Part shown: in pieces, positions 1 through 4,629 of the stretch
Numbering within the stretch: the first letter of the stretch is position 1
Layout: each line of letters starts with the position of its first letter
Virus record (IMG/VR): IMGVR_UViG_2698536379_000014
DNA from: a virus
Lineage: Duplodnaviria > Heunggongvirae > Uroviricota > Caudoviricetes
Length of the DNA stretch: 5,567 bases
Reading direction: 5' to 3' (one strand)
The notes under the pieces: generated by a model
What the model was told of the DNA's origin: nothing
Database searches by the model: none
What the model saw: only the letters and a program-made list of their open reading frames with translations
Program-made: the position numbers and the translations under genes

Positions 1-93
1 CCCCCCGGATCATGGACGACTGGGGGCAGTAATCATGCCGGGTCTGGCTGGCTAACACCCCATTATAAGGGGTACGAATAAAGTAACGGGGGG

Positions 94-1059
94 ATGAAGC
101 TCCTTTTTGCTGAACGCCCGCTGGTTATAAACACGCAGCTGGCGATGAAAATTGGTCTGAACGAAGCCATCGTGTTGCAGCAGCTGCATTACTGGTTGAG
201 AGATACCGGTTCCGGCATGGAATGTGATGGTGTTCGCTGGATTTATAACACAACAGAACAATGGCTGGAACAGTTCCCGTTCTGGTCAGAGTCAACGTTA
301 AAACGCGCATTTGCAAGTCTGAAAACGCTGGGGCTTTTGCGTTGCGAAAAGCTCAACAAATCAAAGCGTGATATGACTAATTTTTACACGATTAATTACG
401 AGAGCGAGCTTTTAGATGGTGGCAAAGTGAGCGAATCCATCAGGTCAAAATGCGCCGCTCCATCAGGTCAAAATGACACGATGGAAGAGACCAAAATGAC
501 ACGCTCCATTGGTTCAAAACGACCCAATGTCATCGGGTCAAAATGGCCCGATGATCTTACAGAGAATACAACAGAGATTACTACAGAGAATAAAAACACT
601 TCTCGTCCGGAAGCTTCGCAACCGGACATGCAGACGGCTGAACAGGATTTTTTAACCCGACATCCTGACGCGGTTGTGTTCAGTGCAAAAAAACGCCAGT
701 GGGGCAGCCAGGACGATTTGGCGTGTGCGCAGTGGATCTGGGGGCGAATCGTGAGTCTTTACGAGCAGGCCGCCAGCGATGATGGCGAGATTTCGCGACC
801 GAAAGAACCCAACTGGACCGCATGGGCCAACGACGTGCGCACAATGCGGATGCTGGATGGCAGAACTCACAGACAAATTTGTGAAATGTTTGGTCGGGTG
901 CAGCGGGATCCATTCTGGGTAAAAAATATCATGAGTCCGTCAAAGCTTCGCGAAAAATGGGATGAACTGGTTATCCGCCTGGGGCGTTCGTCTGTACAGC
1001 GTTGTGTGAATCATATTTCTGAGCCGGATACCGAAATTCCGCCGGGCTTCAGGGGGTAA
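94..1059 (+). CDS. Lambda-O-type replication initiation protein (origin-binding initiator)
   Basis: 321-aa ORF. The N-terminal ~110 aa contain an HTH-like segment (TLKRAFASLKTLGLLRCEK). The middle of the gene encodes the iteron array and A+T-rich repeats, i.e. the protein linker is encoded by the origin, which is the hallmark lambda O / ori-lambda arrangement. TAA stop at 1057-1059. Start context is unusual: a G6 run (88-93) abuts the ATG at 94, so the exact start is uncertain. Confidence 0.75.
   Translation: MKLLFAERPLVINTQLAMKIGLNEAIVLQQLHYWLRDTGSGMECDGVRWIYNTTEQWLEQFPFWSESTLKRAFASLKTLGLLRCEKLNKSKRDMTNFYTINYESELLDGGKVSESIRSKCAAPSGQNDTMEETKMTRSIGSKRPNVIGSKWPDDLTENTTEITTENKNTSRPEASQPDMQTAEQDFLTRHPDAVVFSAKKRQWGSQDDLACAQWIWGRIVSLYEQAASDDGEISRPKEPNWTAWANDVRTMRMLDGRTHRQICEMFGRVQRDPFWVKNIMSPSKLREKWDELVIRLGRSSVQRCVNHISEPDTEIPPGFRG
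436..553. repeat. Origin iteron array, five ~17-bp iterons at 23-24 bp periodicity
   Basis: Direct repeats TCCATCAGGTCAAAATG at 436-452 and again exactly at 459-475; a degenerate copy at 482-498 (TGGAAGAGACCAAAATG); TCCATTGGTTCAAAACG at 505-521; GTCATCGGGTCAAAATG at 529-545. Several iterons have flanking inverted arms (CATTGG 507-512 / CCAATG 524-529; CATCGGG 531-537 / CCCGATG 547-553), as in lambda ori iterons. Confidence 0.7.
559..594. repeat. A+T-rich region of origin, three 12-bp tandem repeats
   Basis: ACAGAGAATACA (559-570), ACAGAGATTACT (571-582), ACAGAGAATAAA (583-594), immediately right of the iterons. This is the position of the DNA-unwinding element in ori-lambda. It encodes the TENTTEITTENK linker of the O-like protein. 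Confidence 0.6.
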
Positions 1060-1099
1060 GTGTTGATTTCTGGTCATGAGGTAATTTTCAGGAGGACTT

Positions 1100-1525
1100 G
1101 TGGCAAAAGTATTTACACAAGAAGAGCGGGAAAAAATTAAGAGGCAAGTTGTTGAACTCGTGCGCCAGAGTGGGCGTGAGACGTTACGACAACTGGAAGC
1201 GAAAACAGGTGCGACAAGATATCTGATGAGCGTTCTCGCCAGAGAGCTGGTTGCCAGTGGCGATGTATACAACTCTGGTTACGGGTTATTCCCGTCTGAA
1301 CAGGCTCGTAAGGACTGGCAAAACGCCCGCAAAAAACTCTCAAGGGCAAAGCTGAAGAAAAAAACATCTGTGGTTGATCCGGACCTTATCTGGTCGTTAC
1401 CAGACGGCGAAATACGCCGCTACGACAGGCGCCTAAACATAATCTGTCGCGAGTGCCGGAAGAGTGAAGCTATGCAGCGTGTACTGGCTTTCTATCAGGG
1501 TAATTTTCAGGAGGCGGTACTGTGA
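1100..1525 (+). CDS. Hypothetical basic protein with HTH-like segment, in the position normally held by a helicase loader
   Basis: 141-aa ORF with GTG start at 1100 and a GGAGG SD at 1091-1095. Lys/Arg-rich, with an HTH-like stretch (ETLRQLEAKTGATRYLMSVLAREL). It does not resemble lambda P from memory and no Walker ATPase motif is seen. Its TGA stop (1523-1525) overlaps the downstream GTG (1522-1524). Confidence 0.6.
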   Translation: MAKVFTQEEREKIKRQVVELVRQSGRETLRQLEAKTGATRYLMSVLARELVASGDVYNSGYGLFPSEQARKDWQNARKKLSRAKLKKKTSVVDPDLIWSLPDGEIRRYDRRLNIICRECRKSEAMQRVLAFYQGNFQEAVL

Positions 1526-1901
1526 GTGAAATTAGCTATCAGGCTTCAATTACCGCTGGCATTCGCATCAAAGGAGAGGAGCATGGAAATATAGGGGCAA
1601 ATCCAACCCTCGTAATCAGGTTAATTTTCTTTATGAGCCATCGGAAAGACCATATTGCCATCACGCCTCTGTTCGGGTTGACGAAAAAGAGCGTCAGGTC
1701 CGCTGTAAAATCTGCGGTGCAGTTGTGGAGCCGTTTGACTGGATGCTCTCTGTGGCGAAAAGAGAAACCAGACTGGCAGATGATGTAAGGCTATTGCGCC
1801 AGGAGGAACAGGAAAGGCGGAAAAATATAGAAAAGTTAATTCAGATTGAGCGTAACGCGAAAGCGCGGATACGCAGGGCGACAAAATCCAGAACTGAATA
1901 A
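1522..1901 (+). pseudogene. Frame-disrupted gene (possible pseudogene, recoding site or sequence error) encoding a Cys/His-motif protein with charged C-terminal helix
   Basis: Three overlapping pieces. (a) Frame-1 ORF 1522..1788 (88 aa), GTG start coupled to the upstream stop, but the region after ~1590 uses rare codons (AGG, ATA, GGG, CGG) and is hydrophobic. (b) A frame-0 reading frame is open 1536..1901 and looks strongly coding (…NFLYEPSERPYCHHASVRVDEKERQVRCKICGAVVEPFDWMLSVAKRETRLADDVRLLRQEEQERRKNIEKLIQIERNAKARIRRATKSRTE) but has no ATG/GTG/TTG before the GTG at 1725 and ATG at 1743. (c) A strong SD (AAAGGAGAGGAG, 1570-1581) plus ATG at 1583 in the third frame reads only M-E-I-stop (TAG 1592-1594). 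Removing one base in 1586-1592 would join ATG 1583 to the frame-0 ORF. Confidence 0.45.
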
Positions 1902-1951
1902 ATAAATTTAGCGCTGTAAATAAAATCTAATCCTTAACTGGAGGTATATTT

Positions 1952-2164
1952 ATGTTAAATACACAGAAAGCCATTAATGCGGAAAAATATAACGAGTGGG
2001 CAAGAAAATTCTCTGAGCAGATTTTTAAAATTACTGGCGATGAGAATGCGGCAAAAAATGAATTAGAACCGTGGACGCCTGAAGGAGCCGACCCAAATTA
2101 TTGCTGGAGGGAGGTTGATCCAGTTGATGCTGCAAATGAAGCTATGAGTTATCACAACGATTAA
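1952..2164 (+). CDS. Hypothetical small acidic protein (70 aa)
   Basis: ATG at 1952 with GGAGG SD at 1940-1944 (7-nt spacing). Net acidic composition (about 14 D/E versus 8 K/R/H). Preceded by an AT-rich intergenic region (1902-1951). No family recognised. Confidence 0.55.
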   Translation: MLNTQKAINAEKYNEWARKFSEQIFKITGDENAAKNELEPWTPEGADPNYCWREVDPVDAANEAMSYHND

Positions 2165-2172
2165 TGTCAGGA

Positions 2173-2190
2173 GGCCGCCCGAAAGGGCGG
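2173..2190 (+). other. GNRA-tetraloop hairpin between two small genes
   Basis: GCCGCCC-GAAA-GGGCGGT: 7-bp GC-rich stem (one G-U pair) with a GAAA loop and no downstream U-tract. It sits 8 nt after the stop at 2164 and 6 nt before the ATG at 2197. Its 3' arm GGGCGG is the only SD-like sequence for the downstream ORF. Confidence 0.4.
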
Positions 2191-2196
2191 TAATGA

Positions 2197-2415
2197 ATGG
2201 TCACATTATTTAGAAAAAAATATCCGCGAAAGAGTAGAACAACAGAATTTCTGTTTCTCATTCTGTTTATCGTGTTGATGATACCGATATCCCCGTTAAT
2301 CCTAGCCTGGATAATCGGAAAAATAATTGAGCCAGTTATTGAATTGTATAACGACGTGGTATGGGCGTCATTCAACACACTGCACAATAAAATTAATCCG
2401 TATAAGGAAAACTGA
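2197..2415 (+). CDS. Hypothetical small membrane protein (72 aa)
   Basis: Strongly hydrophobic core (FLFLILFIVLMIPISPLILAWIIGKII) consistent with one or two transmembrane helices. Very AT-rich coding region. Stop TGA 2413-2415 lies 1 nt before the next ATG (2417). Weak SD, so confidence is limited. Confidence 0.4.
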   Translation: MVTLFRKKYPRKSRTTEFLFLILFIVLMIPISPLILAWIIGKIIEPVIELYNDVVWASFNTLHNKINPYKEN

Positions 2416-2416
2416 T

Positions 2417-2680
2417 ATGGCAACTTTGACAAAAAAAGAACGGGCATGGTTGAACGAATTACAGGAAGTTCTTGATCGCTGTCCATCACCGAAAAAAATT
2501 GGCTTTTACACCATTGGCGATAAAAGCATTTACCTGTATGACCTACGCCGCATGGATGAAATCATGGAGGCTCTTGATAATCGTTCGTCGATGGATTGGT
2601 GTGTTGCTGTTCATGATATGAATGCAGGGTTTGATGAAAAGATTTTGTTCCCCTCATCAGTTGAAAGCACTGCGGGTTAA
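2417..2680 (+). CDS. Hypothetical protein (87 aa)
   Basis: ATG at 2417 preceded by AAGGAAAA (2404-2411). Tightly packed with neighbours. The track ORF 2327..2680 is the same frame with an upstream ATG that overlaps the previous gene and has no SD. No family recognised. Confidence 0.6.
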   Translation: MATLTKKERAWLNELQEVLDRCPSPKKIGFYTIGDKSIYLYDLRRMDEIMEALDNRSSMDWCVAVHDMNAGFDEKILFPSSVESTAG

Positions 2681-2690
2681 GGAGTAACAC

Positions 2691-3560
2691 ATGACCACTA
2701 TTACCAAAGAACGTATTGAATTGTTCATTAAAAATCCGCTTGAAAACGGGCTTACCCGTGGTGAACAAATGGAACTGGCACGGATTGCGCTGGCATCGCT
2801 GGAAGCAGAGCCGGTGGCAAAGATTATAGCTCATTACCCATTAGGGGTTGACGTAGGCAAACAAAAATTCGTACAGGCCATTAGAGAGCTTCCTGACTTT
2901 GGCGGATATCTATTTGCCGCCCCTCCAGCGCCGATAGTGCCGGAAGAAATGTATTGGCAGGATGCGCCAGTTGAAGGCAGCAGCAAAGCGACTGCATACG
3001 CTACAGGCTGGAACGATTGCCGCGAAGCCATGCTTCAGTCCGGAAACTTTCGGGAAAATAAAGATTCGTCAACCAATAATTTTCGGAAAATCCCGGAAGC
3101 GTCAACCAGCTCTCCGGTAACTCCGGCTCTTCTGCCTGGTGGTTTCACCATTGAGGAGGCGAAGGAATTACATGAAGACCTGGTACGCAGCCACATAAGC
3201 AAGGCCTTAAGTGGCGAAAAGATGAAAAAGAAAGATCGCGATGCTGATTTGCGCTGGATTCATGGCGTTATAGTTCAGGCAGCGTGGTTTGTAAAAGCAT
3301 CACTGGAGCAGAATGCACTATCGGGCAACTATCCGGTAACTCCGGATAGTTGGATAAGCTGTAGTGAGCGAATGCCGGATACCAAAACAGCCGTTCTTGT
3401 TGCCAGGGATTTTGGCAGGAAAGGTGACTGGCGAATGAAATGGGCGACTTACATCCCGGGGCATCCTGACGCTAATGATGGGTGGATAATACCTGGTGCG
3501 TCGTGGATACCATCACACTGGATGCCTCTACCAGAACCGCCGCAGGAGGTGCGCCAATGA
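2691..3560 (+). CDS. Phage protein with DUF551-like C-terminal domain
   Basis: 289-aa ORF with AGGAG SD at 2680-2684. The C-terminus (DSWISCSERMPDTKTAVLVARDFGRKGDWRMKWATYIPGHPDANDGWIIPGASWIPSHWMPLPEPP) matches my recollection of the conserved DUF551 signature found in lambdoid phage proteins (ending W-MPLPEPP). The N-terminal two thirds are unrecognised. Stop TGA 3558-3560 overlaps the next ATG (ATGA). Confidence 0.75.
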   Translation: MTTITKERIELFIKNPLENGLTRGEQMELARIALASLEAEPVAKIIAHYPLGVDVGKQKFVQAIRELPDFGGYLFAAPPAPIVPEEMYWQDAPVEGSSKATAYATGWNDCREAMLQSGNFRENKDSSTNNFRKIPEASTSSPVTPALLPGGFTIEEAKELHEDLVRSHISKALSGEKMKKKDRDADLRWIHGVIVQAAWFVKASLEQNALSGNYPVTPDSWISCSERMPDTKTAVLVARDFGRKGDWRMKWATYIPGHPDANDGWIIPGASWIPSHWMPLPEPPQEVRQ

Positions 3561-3640
3561 ACTGGCCTGAAGCATTTGCAATTACAGGCGTTGCTATGGC
3601 TATCGCTTTTTTAGTATATGTTATTTGTCGGTGGGGGTAA
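3557..3640 (+). CDS. Candidate small hydrophobic peptide (27 aa), single predicted TM helix
   Basis: ATG 3557-3559 overlaps the upstream stop (ATGA), with AGGAGG at 3544-3549 (7-nt spacing). Translation MNWPEAFAITGVAMAIAFLVYVICRWG, stop TAA 3638-3640. Too short for the ORF track. Confidence 0.35.
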   Translation: MNWPEAFAITGVAMAIAFLVYVICRWG

Positions 3641-3675
3641 AAACGTTCGCCGGGATTAACACCAAAGGAGGGAAT

Positions 3676-3780
3676 ATGTCGGATGATATATCACTGGCAA
3701 TGGAAGGTGCGCTGGCTGTTGTTGCTGTTGTGGGCGTTTACTGCCTGGTTGTGTTTTTGATGGATCGACTAGGGAACTGA
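3676..3780 (+). CDS. Candidate small hydrophobic peptide (34 aa), single predicted TM helix
   Basis: ATG 3676 with AGGAGG at 3666-3671 (4-nt spacing). Translation MSDDISLAMEGALAVVAVVGVYCLVVFLMDRLGN, stop TGA 3778-3780. Too short for the ORF track. Confidence 0.4.
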   Translation: MSDDISLAMEGALAVVAVVGVYCLVVFLMDRLGN

Positions 3781-3788
3781 ATTCATTA

Positions 3789-3810
3789 CGATATGGGAAT
3801 TCCCATATCG
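3789..3810. promoter_or_regulatory. Perfect 22-bp palindrome (candidate operator or RNA hairpin)
   Basis: CGATATGGGAATTCCCATATCG is an exact inverted repeat, located 9 nt after the small ORF stop and about 12 nt upstream of the predicted hok -35. No U-tract follows on either strand. Confidence 0.4.
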
Positions 3811-3821
3811 GGTAAAAACGG

Positions 3822-3858
3822 TTTGCGGTAAAGCGAGAGTTAAGTAGAATTGCTGCGG
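3822..3858 (+). promoter_or_regulatory. Predicted sigma70 promoter and start site of the hok mRNA
   Basis: -35 TTTGCG/TTGCGG (3822-3828), 16-17 bp spacer, -10 TAGAAT (3845-3850). The predicted start near 3857 coincides with the beginning of the 5' element that is complementary to the mRNA 3' end. Confidence 0.4.
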
Positions 3859-3904
3859 GTGCTTGAGGCTATCTGCCTCAGGCATGAACACCAAAAGGCA
3901 GATA

Positions 3905-3980
3905 GAGAAAAGCCCCAGTTAACATTACGCGTCCTGCAAGACGCTTAACATTAATCTGAGGCCCAATCTATGTCTCACAA
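3905..3980 (-). ncRNA. sok: Predicted Sok-like antisense RNA (coordinates approximate)
   Basis: Minus-strand promoter candidate: -35 TTGCCT (plus coords 4013-4008), 17-bp spacer, -10 TAACCT (3990-3985), giving a start near 3978 and a transcript antisense to the mok SD/start (3957-3972). This matches the known hok/sok layout. The 3' end and terminator could not be defined from sequence. Confidence 0.3.
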
Positions 3981-4182
3981 ATGTAGGTTAGCCTCTTACG
4001 TGCCGAAAGGCAAGGAGAAGCAGGCTATGAAGCAGCAAAAGGCGATGTTAATCGCCCTGATCGTCATCTGTTTAACCGTCATAGTGACGGCACTGGTAAC
4101 GAGGAAAGACCTCTGCGAGGTACGAATCCGAACCGGCCAGACGGAGGTCGCTGTCTTCACAGCTTACGAACCTGAGGAGTAA
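3970..4182 (+). CDS. mok: mok-like overlapping reading frame (70 codons) in the hok leader
   Basis: ATG 3970 with SD TGAGG at 3957-3961 (8-nt spacing), 57 nt upstream of and in frame with the hok ATG, ending at the same stop. Its size matches the ~70-codon mok frames described for hok loci. Whether it is translated as an extended Hok or only serves coupling cannot be told from sequence. Confidence 0.4.
   Translation: MSHKCRLASYVPKGKEKQAMKQQKAMLIALIVICLTVIVTALVTRKDLCEVRIRTGQTEVAVFTAYEPEE
4027..4182 (+). CDS. hok: Hok/Gef-family type I toxin (HokD/RelF-like membrane peptide, 51 aa)
   Basis: Translation MKQQKAMLIALIVICLTVIVTALVTRKDLCEVRIRTGQTEVAVFTAYEPEE. It has the family hallmarks: N-terminal TM helix, LVTRKxLCE motif and conserved C-terminal TGQTEVAVFTAYE. 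From memory it is identical or near-identical to E. coli HokD (RelF). SD AAGGAG 4012-4017 (9-nt spacing); stop TAA 4180-4182. Confidence 0.9.
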   Translation: MKQQKAMLIALIVICLTVIVTALVTRKDLCEVRIRTGQTEVAVFTAYEPEE

Positions 4183-4251
4183 GAGACCAGGCGGGGGAGA
4201 AATCCCTCGCCACCGCTGATGTGTCAGGCATCCTCAACGCACCCGCACTTA

Positions 4252-4277
4252 ACCCGCTTCGGCGGGTTTTGTTTTTT
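4252..4277 (+). terminator. Rho-independent terminator of the hok transcript
   Basis: ACCCGC-UUCG-GCGGGU: 6-bp GC-rich stem with a UUCG tetraloop (4252-4267), followed by TTTTGTTTTTT (4267-4277). Confidence 0.8.
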
Positions 4278-4349
4278 CTGGTCGTTCTGGTTTACAATCC
4301 ATCCGTCAGCCTGAACAACTGGCACCTGCTGCGCCAGCAGAGAAAACAG

Positions 4350-4628
4350 ATGGCGCACGATACCAAATTTTACAATTCGGATAACTCTGCCGCCCCTGCC
4401 AGCAGGCACGGGCGGCGTTCTCATGCATTCAAATCTGACTGGTATCAGCACGACCCCTGCACCGAAGAACAGGCTGAATGGCTGATTCAGTGTTACCGCA
4501 GGCGCGGATACGAGATTAAGAAAGCCCTCAGCCTCGACTACCGTCACTGGATAATCTCCGTCAGGCTTCCTTACTCCGAACGCCCACCGCGTCCGTCCCG
4601 CACATTCCAGCAACGGATCTGGAGGTAA
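4350..4628 (+). CDS. Hypothetical protein (92 aa), in the position of rem in Qin-type prophages
   Basis: ATG at 4350 (translation MAHDTKFYNSDNSAAPASRHGRRSHAFKSDWYQHDPCTEEQAEWLIQCYRRRGYEIKK…), stop TAA 4626-4628. Weak SD. The longer track ORF from 4221 would run through the hok terminator, so the internal start is preferred. The rem assignment is by synteny from memory only. Confidence 0.5.
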   Translation: MAHDTKFYNSDNSAAPASRHGRRSHAFKSDWYQHDPCTEEQAEWLIQCYRRRGYEIKKALSLDYRHWIISVRLPYSERPPRPSRTFQQRIWR

Positions 4629-4629
4629 C

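Noticed and set aside
1-93. Partial upstream gene in the first 93 bp
   Set aside because: The only frame open from the window edge ends at TAA 52-54 after 17 codons, which is too short to assign. No call made.
52-316. Minus-strand ORFs 52..261 and 125..316
   Set aside because: They lie antisense within the start of the O-like initiator gene, with no SD and low-complexity, unconvincing translations. Typical shadow ORFs.
436-594. CRISPR-like array interpretation of the repeats
   Set aside because: The repeats are ~17 bp at 23-bp spacing with no unique spacers of CRISPR size, they lie inside a coding sequence, and they are followed by an A+T-rich tract. This is the signature of a replication origin.
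652-1367. Minus-strand ORFs 652..876, 680..913, 940..1272 and 1137..1367
   Set aside because: All are antisense to well-supported + strand genes (94..1059, 1100..1525). Their translations are Arg/Ser/Pro-rich in the way expected of antisense frames of GC-balanced coding DNA.
1583-1595. prfB-like programmed +1 frameshift at ATG-GAA-ATA-TAG-G
   Set aside because: The internal SD is 7 nt rather than ~3 nt from the would-be P-site codon, the slip codon AUA would re-pair poorly in +1, and the event would fall at codon 3 of the ORF. A simple 1-bp indel or sequence error is more parsimonious.
1621-1884. Minus-strand ORF 1621..1884 (87 aa)
   Set aside because: It is antisense to the strongly coding-looking + frame-0 region of the frame-disrupted gene, so it is more likely a shadow.
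1902-1951. Defined sigma70 promoter for the AT-rich small-gene cluster
   Set aside because: Candidate -10 hexamers (TAAATA 1917-1922, TAAAAT 1921-1926) exist, but none has a convincing -35 at 16-18 bp spacing, so no promoter feature was called.
2142-2489. Minus-strand ORF 2142..2489 (115 aa) as an alternative to the + strand small genes
   Set aside because: It has no SD, a low-complexity translation, and it spans two tightly coupled + strand ORFs with good initiation signals. Not fully excluded, because the region is AT-rich and the + strand 2197..2415 call is itself weak.
2327-2680. Long form of the 2417..2680 gene starting at ATG 2327
   Set aside because: The upstream ATG lies inside the preceding ORF and lacks an SD, whereas ATG 2417 sits right after the upstream stop and is preceded by AAGGAAAA.
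2562-3031. Minus-strand ORFs 2562..2834 and 2834..3031
   Set aside because: Antisense to the 2417..2680 and 2691..3560 genes. No initiation signals.
3789-3810. 22-bp palindrome as a simple intrinsic terminator, or as merely an EcoRI site
   Set aside because: No U/T-tract follows on either strand, so it is not a canonical terminator. The GAATTC core is incidental to the much longer perfect palindrome. It is kept as a candidate regulatory element instead.
4221-4628. Long 135-aa form of the post-hok ORF starting at ATG 4221
   Set aside because: It would start inside the hok 3' fold-back element and read through the intrinsic terminator (4252-4277), and its N-terminal 43 residues are low-complexity. 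The internal ATG at 4350 is preferred, although it too has only a weak SD.
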